From Planctomycetota bacterium (GTDB lineage: Bacteria; Planctomycetota; UBA8108; SXIK01): a DNA stretch of 64,000 nt. A program made the position numbers and the translations under genes. Shown one piece after another: positions 1 through 10,732 of the stretch. Under the pieces are notes generated by a model, which was given only the letters and a program-made list of their open reading frames with translations, was not told where the DNA came from and did no database searches. The DNA is taken from contig CBDCXR010000004.1 of NCBI GenBank assembly GCA_965223845.1, positions 7,805,200 to 7,869,199 of the forward strand, written 5' to 3'. Each line of letters starts with the position of its first letter. The stretch's first letter is position 1.

Positions 1-557
1 TGGAAACGCTGGCGACGCCGTTTGTCCTCGCGAGCTTCGGCGAGCGATTCGAATTGGAGATCGTCGCGAGTCAGCCGATCGAGTACTTCGCCCGGCGCGG
101 CGACGGACTCTACGAGCTGAAGTCGGTCGATCGGCGACCGGGCGTCTATCTCTCCGGCGCCGCCGAGCGCGGCCCGAACGGCCGCATCGTGCTGCGCAAC
201 CTGGGTCTCCTCCTCCGCGCCGTTTCGAAGCGGGAGCCGATCGAGGGTGTCTCGCTGAATGTCGGGAAGCCGGTGTTCAGCGAAGAACAGCTGTCGACGA
301 CGATGAGCCTGCAGCCGGGACGAGCCTACGGGATTCAGTACCTCACGCGGACGGGCGGCGTGCTCTTTCTGCGCGTGGTCACCGAGGTCGTGGATGCCGA
401 CACGCGCATACCGATCCCGAGCGACGTCGAGGACCGTCGGGCTTCCGAGAAGGACACCGAAACTCCGACGAAAGTCCCCGATCGAGCTCGCCGCGCGTCG
501 TCGAATCCAAGCCCGGGGGCCGGCGCGGGAGAGAAGAACTCCGAGCCGCCCCGGTAA
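1..557 (+). CDS. 5'-truncated hypothetical protein, secretin-like C-terminal region
   Basis: Frame is open from the window edge (ETLATPFVLASFGERFELEIV...GKPVFSEEQLSTTMSL), loosely resembling secretin C-domains; low-complexity tail. Confidence 0.45.
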   Translation, partial: ETLATPFVLASFGERFELEIVASQPIEYFARRGDGLYELKSVDRRPGVYLSGAAERGPNGRIVLRNLGLLLRAVSKREPIEGVSLNVGKPVFSEEQLSTTMSLQPGRAYGIQYLTRTGGVLFLRVVTEVVDADTRIPIPSDVEDRRASEKDTETPTKVPDRARRASSNPSPGAGAGEKNSEPPR

Positions 558-584
558 CTCTCTGGCTCTCGGGCGCCCGGAGGA

Positions 585-1748
585 TCACTCCTCTCTACCG
601 AGGGCGCGCGAGACCGCCGCGAACACCTGCTTCGGCGAAATCAACGTCATGCAGATTCGGTGCTCGCAGCGGCGCAGCGTACAGGGACTGCACGGTGCGG
701 AGCTCGTAACGACTTCTCCGCGGCGCGGATAGGGCGCAAATACGGCGGGGTCTTTCGGCCCGTAGAGGCCGACCGTGGGCGTGCCGCACATCGCGGCGAT
801 CGGGAGGGCGCCCGTGTCGGCGGCGACGACGAGGTCCGCCGCGCGAAGGAGCGCGGCAAAACGTCGGAGATCGATCAGTTCGCCGAGCACGGTCGGGCGG
901 TCGATCGATCGGCAAAGTTCTTCTTCACCGGGACCCCACGTGAGAAGTGTCCGCGCGGGCAGCTCGTGGAGCTGATCGATTAGCGCGCGAAAGTGTTCGA
1001 CCGGCCACCGCTTGATCTCGCCGAACCGGCTGACCGGAGGATGGACGACGACGGCGGGACCCGATCCGGGCAGACGCTCGACCACCGACCGCGCCCAGTC
1101 CAAATCCTCCTCGCGGTGCGGGACTTCACCCGTCGGACAGGGGCCGGTGTAGCCGAGCTTGCGGACGAGGCTGAGATTCTTCTCCACGCGACTGATGCGC
1201 GCAGGAGTCCGCTCTCCGGAATGGGTGAGCGGAAGGCCGGTGCCGGCCTCCCGCCGGTCGGCGCGGTGAAATCCCAGGCGATACCTGCCGCCCGACAGCA
1301 TGAGAGCCACGGCGCTGCGCACGTTGCCCTGGAAATCGATGACGAGGTCGTACTCTCTCTCGCGAAGCACGCTCGCGAGGCGAGCGAGCTCGACGGCGAT
1401 GCTCGGCCACAACCACGGCCGGCGCCAACGGCGCTTCCACCGCGGTCGCGGCACCGTCTGGATGCGGGCGAGACTCGGATGGTCGGCTAGGAGCGCGGCG
1501 CCCATCGGTTCGACCAGCCAGTCGATCTCGGCCGCCGGGAATCGCTCGCGGAGCGCGCTCAGAGCCGGAAGCGTGTGCGCGACATCTCCGAGCGCGCTCA
1601 TCCGGACGATGAGGACTCGGCGAATCTCGTCGTCGGTAAACTTCAAATCGCTCCGTCGTATCCTTTCTATCCCCGCACGCGGACGGAATCCCCGGCGGCG
1701 ATCCGGAACGCGCGCCGGCATTCTCGGAGGGGCGTCTTCGCTTGTCAA
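585..1748 (-). CDS. Glycosyltransferase family 9 (LPS heptosyltransferase, WaaC/WaaF-like)
   Basis: VLIVRMSALGDVAH, IDFQG, DTGALPIA, TVGLYGP motifs; true start may be ATG 1721 or TTG 1646. Confidence 0.9.
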   Translation of the reverse strand: MTSEDAPPRMPARVPDRRRGFRPRAGIERIRRSDLKFTDDEIRRVLIVRMSALGDVAHTLPALSALRERFPAAEIDWLVEPMGAALLADHPSLARIQTVPRPRWKRRWRRPWLWPSIAVELARLASVLREREYDLVIDFQGNVRSAVALMLSGGRYRLGFHRADRREAGTGLPLTHSGERTPARISRVEKNLSLVRKLGYTGPCPTGEVPHREEDLDWARSVVERLPGSGPAVVVHPPVSRFGEIKRWPVEHFRALIDQLHELPARTLLTWGPGEEELCRSIDRPTVLGELIDLRRFAALLRAADLVVAADTGALPIAAMCGTPTVGLYGPKDPAVFAPYPRRGEVVTSSAPCSPCTLRRCEHRICMTLISPKQVFAAVSRALGREE

Positions 1749-2037
1749 AGGTCGAACGCGTGTCTTGGAGGTCGGTCGCGGCGATGCCCGAGCGCGCTGA
1801 CCCGCCTCGGTCTCGGTGGGTTCTCGACGTTCGGGACGCCCGCCATCCGCGAGAGGAATCCGAAGGGCGAAACATTGTCGACTCCCGGTCCGCCGGGAGT
1901 GGCGCGGTGGAATCCGGCGAGACGACCGCGCTATACTCCGGGCGGCAGCGTTCGAGCCGTGAGCGAACCTCGCGGCGTCATCGCGATCCCGCTCCGGCCA
2001 GGAGGCCGATCCTCTGCGTCTCCCCGAAGGCTACTCC

Positions 2038-2979
2038 GTGCGGTACTTCTCCCCGGACGGGGAAGAGCCGACCGAATCGGCGACCGGCGCCCGTCCTTCC
2101 GGAGTGCGCTTTCCCGGCGGGCGCGCTCTCGTCTGTCGGGATGACTCGCTCGAACTCGCGCTGCGTGCCGGTCTTCACGATCCCCGGGCGGTCCTGGCAT
2201 CGGACGCGGTCGTCGGTTGGCTCTCGGGCGGCCGCACCCGTCACGCGCGTCTCTCGATCGAGGGCGAGTCCTGGGTGCTCAAGGCGTACCGACGGGGCGG
2301 AGCCATCGGCGTCGTGAATCCCGATCTCTATTGGGGAAACGGACGGTTCGTCCGCGAGCTCGGCGTGGCTGCGTCCGCCCAGCGCGTCGGCATCCCGACG
2401 GCCGAGTTGATCGCGCTCATCACCGAGTCGGTTCCCGGCGGTGCCCTCCGCGCGTGGCTGGTCTCGCGGTACGTCGAGGGTGTGCGGCCGCTCGAAGAGT
2501 TCGTCGGCGATCCCGGCTTCGAACAGCCCGAGGCGATCTCGATGTTCTCGTCCGCGGGCGAGCTCGTCGCGCGGATGCACGCCGCGGGGATCGACCACCC
2601 CGACCTCCACCTGCAGAACATCGTCGGGCGGCTAGGGAACGGTGGGGAATCGCTCACGTATATTCTCGACTGGGATCGCGCCCGAAAACGTGACGCGGGC
2701 AGCTGGAACCCTCACGTCAACCTCCTCCGGCTCTGGCGTTGGGTGCAGAAGGTGGAGCGGCAGGGCCGCCTGAGGTCCGAGAGCCTCGGGAGCGAGGCGA
2801 CGGGAATTGCGACGCGCGCGTTTCTTCGCGGCTACTTCCGCGGTCGGCCGGGCGAGATTCCCCGCGCGCGCTCCTACTTTCGCCGACGGGCCCTCTGTGT
2901 GGAGCTGCGCACGCGGGTTCGCGGTCGACCGGAGCGGGTTGCCCGCGCCCGCCCCCGTGCTATGATCGGCCGACCGTAA
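2038..2979 (+). CDS. Lipopolysaccharide kinase, Kdo/WaaP family (KdkA-like)
   Basis: VLKAYRRGG, MHAAGIDHPDLHLQNI, ILDWDRA, NLLRLWR motifs; LPS gene context. Confidence 0.85.
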   Translation: MRYFSPDGEEPTESATGARPSGVRFPGGRALVCRDDSLELALRAGLHDPRAVLASDAVVGWLSGGRTRHARLSIEGESWVLKAYRRGGAIGVVNPDLYWGNGRFVRELGVAASAQRVGIPTAELIALITESVPGGALRAWLVSRYVEGVRPLEEFVGDPGFEQPEAISMFSSAGELVARMHAAGIDHPDLHLQNIVGRLGNGGESLTYILDWDRARKRDAGSWNPHVNLLRLWRWVQKVERQGRLRSESLGSEATGIATRAFLRGYFRGRPGEIPRARSYFRRRALCVELRTRVRGRPERVARARPRAMIGRP

Positions 2980-3092
2980 ACTCGAGGCAGGCGCGGTGAA
3001 GGATCCTCCGGCGCTGCGGTTGTCCGGATGGACGGTCGCGGCGCGACCGAATCAACCAATTCCGCGAGGTCAGGAGGACGCGGAGAGGAAAC

Positions 3093-4019
3093 ATGACCGT
3101 CGGCGACACCGTCGCGCGAGCGACAGGCGATGCGCGAAACTCGGAATCGCGGGAGCGCGATGATCGCTCGCTCGTTCGCGTGGGCGGCATCGACTACCTG
3201 AACTCGCTCCCGCTCACCGCCTATCTGGCCGGGGCGGGCGAGCCGCGATTCGAGCTCGTTAATCTCGTCCCGAGCGCGCTCGCCGATGGCCTGCGGCGTC
3301 GCGAGCTCGATGTCGCGCTCGTACCCGTCGTCGAGTACTTCGCGGACGATCGTTACGAGATCGTTCCCGGAATGTGCATCTCGAGCTACGGCGCGGTGGA
3401 CAGCATCCGACTCTTCGTGCGCAGCTCCGTGCGCGAATGTCGTCGCGTGTTGCTCGATGCGAGCTCGCGTACGTCGGTGCTTCTCACTCAGCTCCTCTTT
3501 CGGCGCGCTTGGACGATGGACGCCGATCCCGAGTTCACCACTCGTCCGTCCGACGAACTGGAAGCGCTCCTCGAGCGCGTCCGTTCGGGCGCGTCGAGGG
3601 CGAACGACGAGGCCGTCGATGCGGTTCTTCTCATCGGCGACGCGGCACTCCGCCAGAGCGCTCCTCCCGGCTGGCAGCAACTCGATCTCGGCAATGAGTG
3701 GACTCGCTGGACGGGGCTGCCGTTCGTCTACGCATTCTGGGTGTGGCGAGGCGACGTGCCCGCGCCGGCCGGACTCGTCGACAAGCTGCGCGAAGGACGC
3801 CGGATCGGTGAGAGTCGCGTCGACGACATCGCGCGCGAGTGGCGCGGCGTTCGCGGCGTGGACGAACATCGGTGTCGTGAGTACCTTGCGCGGGTGATTC
3901 AGTATGAATTCTCCGTCGCTCAGCGGGAGGGACTCGAAAAGTTCTTCGCGCTCTTGTGTGCGGAGAATCTCATCGCGGGAGATCCGCCGTCGCTGCGCTT
4001 CGTCACCGAGGCGGTCTGA
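3093..4019 (+). CDS. mqnA: Chorismate dehydratase MqnA (futalosine menaquinone pathway)
   Basis: GGIDYLNSLPL, SSRTSVLL, LLIGDAAL, DLGNEWTRWTGLPFVYAFW; SD GGAGAGG upstream. Confidence 0.92.
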   Translation: MTVGDTVARATGDARNSESRERDDRSLVRVGGIDYLNSLPLTAYLAGAGEPRFELVNLVPSALADGLRRRELDVALVPVVEYFADDRYEIVPGMCISSYGAVDSIRLFVRSSVRECRRVLLDASSRTSVLLTQLLFRRAWTMDADPEFTTRPSDELEALLERVRSGASRANDEAVDAVLLIGDAALRQSAPPGWQQLDLGNEWTRWTGLPFVYAFWVWRGDVPAPAGLVDKLREGRRIGESRVDDIAREWRGVRGVDEHRCREYLARVIQYEFSVAQREGLEKFFALLCAENLIAGDPPSLRFVTEAV

Positions 4020-4048
4020 GTCGAGCTTCGAGAGAGCGCCGCGTAGAC

Positions 4049-4882
4049 TTGTCCTACACTCCGTTCAGCGCGTGTATCATCGCCTTCAACGAAGAAGAGA
4101 ACCTGCCGGACGCGCTAGCGAGCGTCGCGTTCGCCGACGAAATCGTCGTCGTTGACTCCCACTCGACCGATTCGACTCGCGAGATCGCGGCGAACTTTCG
4201 CGGTCGAGCGCGCGACGGGCGCGAGGTGGCGCCGAAGGTGATCGAACGCGATTGGCCGGGTCACGTTGAGCAGAAGAACTTCGCGATCGATGCCGCCGCG
4301 CACGACTGGGTTCTCTGCGTCGATGCCGATGAACGCGTATCGGACGAGCTACGGACGGAGATCGTCGACGTTCTCGCCGGCGACTCGCCGAGCGCGGATG
4401 CCTACAGCATGCCGCGGCGCACGTTCTATCTCGGCCGCTGGATCCGGCGCGGTGGCTGGTACCCGGACCGAAAGGTCCGGCTCTTCCGGCGCAGCCGCGG
4501 TCGGTGGGGGGGGGTGAATCCCCACGACCACGTCTACTCCGAGGGGAAGGAGGTCCAGCTTCGAGGAGACCTTCTTCACTACAGCTACCGCGACATGGCG
4601 CAGCATCTGAGGACGATCAACTTTTTCACCGACATCGCGGCCGACGAGAAGCTGCGACGCGGGGCTCGGTTCGCGGTGCTGCGGATGATCACTCACCCGC
4701 CCGCGAAGTTCTTCAAAATGTACTTTCTCCAGCAGGGGTTTCGCGAAGGAGTCGCTGGCTTCCTCATCGCGGGCCTCGGCGCGTTCTACGTTTTTCTCAA
4801 GTACGCGAAGCTCTGGGAGAAGCGCGAACGCGCCTGGAAGGAACCCGACGTTGCGCATACTGCATCTGGTCTCGAATCATAA
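4049..4882 (+). CDS. Glycosyltransferase family 2 (KdtX/WaaE-like LPS glucosyltransferase)
   Basis: IIAFNEEENL, VVDSHSTDST, QKNFA, DWVLCVDADER, GWYPDRKVRLF; TTG start inferred. Confidence 0.88.
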   Translation: MSYTPFSACIIAFNEEENLPDALASVAFADEIVVVDSHSTDSTREIAANFRGRARDGREVAPKVIERDWPGHVEQKNFAIDAAAHDWVLCVDADERVSDELRTEIVDVLAGDSPSADAYSMPRRTFYLGRWIRRGGWYPDRKVRLFRRSRGRWGGVNPHDHVYSEGKEVQLRGDLLHYSYRDMAQHLRTINFFTDIAADEKLRRGARFAVLRMITHPPAKFFKMYFLQQGFREGVAGFLIAGLGAFYVFLKYAKLWEKRERAWKEPDVAHTASGLES

Positions 4883-5984
4883 ATTGACCGGCCCCGTCGA
4901 TCCGGCGATCCGTCTGGCGAGCGCCCTCCGGGAGATCGGCGTCGAGTCGGAAGTCGCGGTCGGGCGCCCGGAGCTCGGTCCGGGACCGATCGACGATCTC
5001 GTGCGCGAGCGCGGACTCGAGCCGGTGACCGCTCTTCGGCTGCCGAAGCACCGGCGGTTCTTCGCGAATCGGCACGACGTCGGCGTCCTCGTCGAACGAC
5101 TCGGCCGCGGGCCAGTCGACGTGCTGCATGCGCATCTCGACAACGCGCATCGGACCGCCGTCCGCGCGGCGCGGCGTCTCCCGGTCGAGCGCCGACCCAG
5201 AATCGTGCGAACCCTCTACGATGACGCGGTCGGCCCGGCGAGCGGGGAGATCCGTTCGCTCTACGCTGCGACCACCGGCGTGTTCGTCTTCGGCGACCGA
5301 GTACGGGACGGGGTCGCCGAGGAGCTAGGCGTTCCGCGCGAACGAATCCGGCGAATCGAGGGCGCCGTCGTCACGGAGCGCTTTCGTCCGCGGTCCCACG
5401 ACGAGAGCCTGCGCGATCGACTCGAGCTCCCGCAGGACGCCGTCGTCGCCGGGATCGTTGCCCGCATCCAGCCGCACCGCCGTTACGAGCTTCTGTTCGA
5501 GGCCGTGCGCGAGGTGATGGCGGAGCAGCCAAATTTCTACCTGCTCGTTCTCGGCCGGGGCACGCGCGCGCAAGAGATCGCGCACGAATCGGTGCGGGCG
5601 CTCGGCATCGAGGAACGAGTGCGCCTCCCGGGTTACATCGGAGGCGACGACTACCCGCGGGCGCTCGCTTGCTTCGACTTCAAGATCTTCCTCGTTCCGG
5701 GAAGCGACGGCACCTGCCGCGCGGTGCGCGAAGCCATGGCGACGGGCGTGCCCGTGATCGCGTCGCGCCGCGGACTCCTTCCGGAAATGATTCGCGACGG
5801 TGTCGACGGAATCCTCGTGGAGGAAACGACGACCGCCCTGACGAGCGCTCTTCTCCGGCTCGCAGCGGACGCTGAGTATCGCCGCGAGTTGGGCGCGAAC
5901 GCCCTCTCGCGCGCGCGGAGCGACTTCTGTCAGACGAGCCAGGCGCGAAGCGTTCTCGACGCCTACCGCGATTGGAGCGCGTAG
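4851..5984 (+). CDS. Glycosyltransferase family 4
   Basis: MRILHLVS N-terminus; EAMATGVPVIASRRG..PEMIRDGVDGILV. Confidence 0.88.
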   Translation: MRILHLVSNHKLTGPVDPAIRLASALREIGVESEVAVGRPELGPGPIDDLVRERGLEPVTALRLPKHRRFFANRHDVGVLVERLGRGPVDVLHAHLDNAHRTAVRAARRLPVERRPRIVRTLYDDAVGPASGEIRSLYAATTGVFVFGDRVRDGVAEELGVPRERIRRIEGAVVTERFRPRSHDESLRDRLELPQDAVVAGIVARIQPHRRYELLFEAVREVMAEQPNFYLLVLGRGTRAQEIAHESVRALGIEERVRLPGYIGGDDYPRALACFDFKIFLVPGSDGTCRAVREAMATGVPVIASRRGLLPEMIRDGVDGILVEETTTALTSALLRLAADAEYRRELGANALSRARSDFCQTSQARSVLDAYRDWSA

Positions 5985-6118
5985 GGAACTCCGTCTCTGA
6001 GTTTCCGGACGGCGGCGTCATTCGCTCAACAGTCGGGCGGCGTCGAATCCCGATACCTCGTTGGGGGCTGTTCGGGCGTCGCCTCCGGCGGAGGGTTCGG
6101 CTAAGGAACGAGCGATCT

Positions 6119-6643
6119 ATGAGCATTCTCGGCCACATCGATGATATGCCGCTTGCGGATGTGCTTCAGATGGTGAGCGCCGGGAAGGGGTCGGGAGTCC
6201 TCACGCTCGTCTGCCGCGAGGGAACCGGCCGGATGCTTCTCAATCGCGGCCGGGTCATTTTCGCCGGCTCGGATGTGCGGAAACGACTCGGCGCGCTTCT
6301 CGTCGAGCGCGGTCTCGTGTCGTTTCAAGACCTCAACCTCGCGCTCAAGCAGCAGAAGACCGAGCGCGAAGCGCGACCGGTCGGCACGATTCTCGTCGAG
6401 AACGGCGTCATCCGCCGAGACCAACTCGAAGCCGTCCTCCGGCCGCACATGATCGCGGTGTTCTCGGATTTCCTTCGCTGGAAGAAGGGGATCTTCTACT
6501 TCGAGAAGAACTGGCTTCTAGCCAGCGAGATGGTGGGGCAGGAGGGGATCAAGGTCGAGTCGATCCTTCTCGAAGCCGCGCGGCTCTCCGACGAGATCGA
6601 AGAGGTCAAGACGACCGACGAGGTCCCCGAGCTCTGGCCCTGA
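6119..6643 (+). CDS. DUF4388 (PatA-N-like) domain protein
   Basis: ILGHIDDMPLADVLQMV..GKGSGVLTL, RLGALLVERG, WKKGIFYF, ILLEAARLSDE. Confidence 0.85.
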   Translation: MSILGHIDDMPLADVLQMVSAGKGSGVLTLVCREGTGRMLLNRGRVIFAGSDVRKRLGALLVERGLVSFQDLNLALKQQKTEREARPVGTILVENGVIRRDQLEAVLRPHMIAVFSDFLRWKKGIFYFEKNWLLASEMVGQEGIKVESILLEAARLSDEIEEVKTTDEVPELWP

Positions 6644-6786
6644 ACCGGGCCGGAACCTGAGCTCGCGGTCACGACCTCGAATCGAGGGTGCAGCCCCGCC
6701 GCGGCGTCTCGTGCATCGCGGCGAAGGTGCCGGGAACGGGACTCCGGCGACAACGTGTCGTCGAGCTCGAAACTACCACGCGCGGC

Positions 6787-7482
6787 TCACGTCCTCGCGG
6801 GACGAGCGCGGTAGAGGAAGTGGTAGGCGAAGTTCCGCGGGAGGAGTCGCTTCCACCACTTGAAGCGGTTGTAGGGGAGGATCTCGTCGACGGCGAGGCC
6901 GTTGGCCTCGAGCAGGTCGCGCCACTCGTGAATCGTCGCGAAGCGATCGACGATCTGGTGGTGATTCGGGCCGTAGCCGGTGCGCCAAACGCGCCAGATG
7001 CTTCCCGAATAGTAGCTGTTCGGGAGGAGGATCCAGACCGTGCCATCCGCGCGGCACACTCGAGCGAGCTCGCGCGCGCCGCGTTCGGGGTCGAGAAAGT
7101 GCTCGAGGTTTCCGCTGCAGAGAACGATGTCGAAACTCGCGCTCGCGAACGGGAGCCGCTCTCCCTGGCCGAGTACACGGCGAGCTTCGGGAGCGGCGCG
7201 ACGCACGAACGCGAGAGCGGCGTCGGAGAGATCGAGCGCGACCATCGACCGCAGGTCTCCGCCAGCGGTCGCGAGCATCGCGCGCGCGAGCTCGCCTTGA
7301 CCGCAGCCGGCGTCGAGCACATGCGCATCGGCGCGTCGTCCCGGTTCGAGGTGGGCGAGTGCGCGGCGGGTGAGCCACCGGTAGTAGCGCGGTGAGTCGC
7401 CGAGGGGGGCGCGGACGTAGCGTTCGTTGTACGCGCGGCGCACCGCGGCGAGGGACGGATTCGGCCCGCGGGGGCGCTTCAA
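6787..7482 (-). CDS. Class I SAM-dependent methyltransferase
   Basis: VLDAGCGQG, LPFASASFDIV, LEHFLDP motifs. Confidence 0.88.
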   Translation of the reverse strand: MKRPRGPNPSLAAVRRAYNERYVRAPLGDSPRYYRWLTRRALAHLEPGRRADAHVLDAGCGQGELARAMLATAGGDLRSMVALDLSDAALAFVRRAAPEARRVLGQGERLPFASASFDIVLCSGNLEHFLDPERGARELARVCRADGTVWILLPNSYYSGSIWRVWRTGYGPNHHQIVDRFATIHEWRDLLEANGLAVDEILPYNRFKWWKRLLPRNFAYHFLYRARPART

Positions 7483-8498
7483 TCTCGGGGCTCCGCAGCG
7501 GCTCGTTTCGCGTGGTAGCCGTCCCAGCCGCGCACCAGATTCGAACCGACCGCGGCGAGCGCGGCGGCGCCGAGTGGCGCGTCCGCATCGATGCGAATCG
7601 CCTCCTCCACCGTGAATCCCGCGCCGCGCAGCTCGTCGAGCGCGCGTGCAGCGTCTTCATCGGGACCGGAAACGAATCGCTCGATCGTCGAGTACCCGCT
7701 TTGCGCCGCACGCCGGCGAGTCCAGCCGCTCGGCGCCGAGGCGTCGTTCGTCGAGGCGACTCCGAAGCGCCACCGGTCCCCGGTGTCCGGACTTCGCGTA
7801 CGCCACAGCATCGTGCGCGCGAGATCGGCGACGCCGACGAACTCCGCGTCGCGCTCGTGCGCGCCCGCGACCACCCACGTCCCGCCCGGGAGGCTCGTCT
7901 GGCGGACTCCGTCCTCGCTCAGTCGTCCGGTGACCGCTTCTGAGCTGAACACGGGGACGAGCCATTCGTCACGCCAGCCGGCTGCTCGCGCCGCGTCTTC
8001 GTTCCATCGCTCTCCCGAGGCGAGGAAACCGAGGCGATCGACATCGGTGACATCGGTGGCGAGCGCTCCACTGAGAGCGAAGCGCAGGTAGTCCTTCGGT
8101 GCGAGGACGACGCTCGTTCGCTCCGCTGCCCGAGGATCGCTGGCGAACGCCGTCGCGACGTCCGCCGCGACGCTCTCTGCCGGGAGGCAATGGAGCGGGC
8201 CCGACGGCTCGTAGTTCACGTCGAGCGCGATCCAGCCACTCGGCGCGGAAAGGGCGAGCCCCCACAGCTTGCGCGACTTGACCGGCAGCTCGAAGTACGC
8301 CTCCTGAAGCGCGAACGCCCCGGCGCGGACCCACTCCGCCGGCGGGATCTCGACGCGCTGAGGGCGTGCGTCTCCGGCGGCGACCTCACGCGCGTTCACA
8401 ACCGGAACCGACGCGCGGCTCCACTCCGCGAGGTCGCGGCCGAGTGCGACCGCCGTCGCTCGAGTCGCGTCGACGTGGAGACCGAAGAACTGAATCAT
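7479..8498 (-). CDS. Degenerate FGGY-family sugar-kinase-like protein (mainly N-terminal domain)
   Basis: PKDYLRFALSGALATDVTD, VTGRLS, LPGGTWVVAGAHE resemble xylulokinase N-domain; short and divergent. Confidence 0.6.
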   Translation of the reverse strand: MIQFFGLHVDATRATAVALGRDLAEWSRASVPVVNAREVAAGDARPQRVEIPPAEWVRAGAFALQEAYFELPVKSRKLWGLALSAPSGWIALDVNYEPSGPLHCLPAESVAADVATAFASDPRAAERTSVVLAPKDYLRFALSGALATDVTDVDRLGFLASGERWNEDAARAAGWRDEWLVPVFSSEAVTGRLSEDGVRQTSLPGGTWVVAGAHERDAEFVGVADLARTMLWRTRSPDTGDRWRFGVASTNDASAPSGWTRRRAAQSGYSTIERFVSGPDEDAARALDELRGAGFTVEEAIRIDADAPLGAAALAAVGSNLVRGWDGYHAKRAAAEPRD

Positions 8499-8711
8499 GG
8501 TGGAACCGTCTGTCTGAGAACGGATTCGAAGAGGAGGATGACTCCATCCCGGGCGGCGCCTCGGCCGGCCTGCGATTCGCGTCGAAGGGGATTCGCGCCG
8601 AACGGATCTGAAGCGCGTTCGAAGCCAGCTTGGGATCAGGCCAGCGACGCACGTTCGGGTGCGATTCGCGCTCCGCGATGTCGTCCGAGAGTCTGGTGAG
8701 AGCTACGGAGA

Positions 8712-9698
8712 CTAGAGGAGGTCCCGGACGACGTCGCGCTCTTCCTCGAGTTCGGCGATCGTCGTCGCGAGCTTGTCGCGGCAGTAGCCGTCGAGCTCGA
8801 GTCCCTCGACGATCTCCCAGCGGCCGTTGGATACGCGGACGGGAAACGACGAGATCAGTCCTTCGGGCACGCCGTAGCTGCCGTCCGAGCACACCGCCGC
8901 CGACGTCCAGTCGTCTCCTTCCGTTCCGAGGGCGAACGTCCGAACGTGATCCTTCGCCGCGTTGGCGGCCGACGCCGCGGACGACTTGCCCCGCGCGGCG
9001 ATGATCTCCGCCCCGCGCTTCTGCACTCGCGTCTGGAACTCACCTTCGAGCCAGGCGCGGTCGCCGATCACCTCTTCGGCCGGACGGCCGTCGATTCTAG
9101 CGTGGATGAAGTCCGGAAACTGGGTCGTGCTGTGGTTTCCCCAGATCGTCATCTGCGATACCGATGTCACCGGTCGCCCGGCGCGCCCGGCGAGCTGCGC
9201 GATCGCGCGGTTGTGATCGAGTCGCGTCATCGCGAACCAGCGGTCCCGCGGCACCGACGGGGCATTGTGCATCGCGATGAGACAATTCGTATTGCACGGA
9301 TTCCCGACCACGAGCACGCGCACGTCGCTCGCCGCAGCCGCGGCGATCGCCTTTCCCTGCGTTGTGAAGATCGGACCGTTCTCGCGAATCAGATCGGCTC
9401 GCTCCATTCCGGGGCCCCGCGGCTTGCTGCCGACGAGGAGCGCCCATTGGGCATCGCCGAACGCCTCCTCCGGTTGGTCGCTCAGCTTGACCTCCGTGAG
9501 CAAGGGGTACGCGCCGTCCTCGAGCTCGAGCGCGACGCCGCGTAGAGCGTCCATCGCCGGCGGGATCTCGAGGAGCTGGAGCGCGACCGGCTGATCGGGG
9601 CCGAGCATCGCGCCGTCGGCGATCGAGAAGAGGAGGTTGTAGGCGATCTGACCGGCGGCGCCGGTGACCGCCACACGGACGGGAGCCTTGGTGGTCAT
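8712..9698 (-). CDS. mdh: Malate dehydrogenase
   Basis: [49 protein letters not shown]. Confidence 0.96.
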   Translation of the reverse strand: MTTKAPVRVAVTGAAGQIAYNLLFSIADGAMLGPDQPVALQLLEIPPAMDALRGVALELEDGAYPLLTEVKLSDQPEEAFGDAQWALLVGSKPRGPGMERADLIRENGPIFTTQGKAIAAAAASDVRVLVVGNPCNTNCLIAMHNAPSVPRDRWFAMTRLDHNRAIAQLAGRAGRPVTSVSQMTIWGNHSTTQFPDFIHARIDGRPAEEVIGDRAWLEGEFQTRVQKRGAEIIAARGKSSAASAANAAKDHVRTFALGTEGDDWTSAAVCSDGSYGVPEGLISSFPVRVSNGRWEIVEGLELDGYCRDKLATTIAELEEERDVVRDLL

Positions 9699-9907
9699 GT
9701 CGAGAAGTCCTCGGGATTCGTTCATTCGAACCGACTCGCGGAGAGCGGGGATGGGCCCGCGCCGCGGAGCCGGGTGTCTCACCAGACGGTGAGCGAAGTG
9801 GGGAGACGCCGTGCGGCGGGAACGACAACGCGTCGCCGCAGCGGGGCCTCGACAGTAGCTGCGCCTCCGGGGTCGGTCAACTGTTCGTTGTCGAGCCGGC
9901 GGACCCC

Positions 9908-10687
9908 TTAGTCGGAGCGGCGGATGAGGTCGTCGTACGCCTTCTTCAGCTCGACGAACTTCGCGTGCGCGACGCGCTGAAACTCCTCGCCGCGGTGGAA
10001 CACCTTGTCGGGATGGTATTGGCGTGCGAGGCGGTGGAACGCGGCGCGGATCTCCGCATCGGACGCGTCTGAGGCGATGCCGAGAATCTCGTAGGGCGAG
10101 GCTACGTGGCGGGGGCGCGTACGCCGACCCGCGCTGCGATCTCCGGCGCCGTCCTCCCGGTCGCCGGTCGCCGCACCGCTCCGCCGGTCGCTCGTCCGCG
10201 CTCGCTCTGCTCGGTCGTGCTCGGAGTCGCGCGACGCCCGTCCTCCGGCGGCGCCCGGTTCATCGCGGTCCGTCCGTCCCCTCGACGTCGGTGCCGTTCC
10301 TGCCTGAGTCCGCCCCCAAAACCGCCACCACGGCTTCGAGTAGCGGCGGTCGCCGTCGCGCTCGAAGGCGTAGCGCCGTCGATCTTCGTTGTCGCGCAGC
10401 CACGCGGCCGCCGCCAAGAAGTCCTCTGGGCGCGTGTCGAGCCAGCTCGAAAAGAAGTACTCGACGACCGAGACCTGGAGATTGGGCGAGGCGAACCAGC
10501 GACCGCGCTTCGTTTTCTCGCAGCGATTCTCTCGCCGACACGTCGGGCAAAGGAGGAGGCGATACGGCCCGCCGTCGCGCGCGCGACGACTGCGCAGGAT
10601 CCCGTCCCGCGCGATCTGACCCGCGGCGAACTCTTGGTCGCAGAACCAGCAGCGCGCCGCAGACGGCGCCGGAGAATCGGTCGACAT
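9908..10687 (-). CDS. J-domain protein with N-terminal Cys4 zinc-ribbon-like region
   Basis: C-terminal PYEILGI...YHPDK J-domain; N-terminal CWFC and CPTC. Confidence 0.8.
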   Translation of the reverse strand: MSTDSPAPSAARCWFCDQEFAAGQIARDGILRSRRARDGGPYRLLLCPTCRRENRCEKTKRGRWFASPNLQVSVVEYFFSSWLDTRPEDFLAAAAWLRDNEDRRRYAFERDGDRRYSKPWWRFWGRTQAGTAPTSRGRTDRDEPGAAGGRASRDSEHDRAERARTSDRRSGAATGDREDGAGDRSAGRRTRPRHVASPYEILGIASDASDAEIRAAFHRLARQYHPDKVFHRGEEFQRVAHAKFVELKKAYDDLIRRSD

Positions 10688-10732
10688 GGATCGATCGGCT
10701 CGCGAGTCGGACCGCCGCCCCGCGGCGGACGC

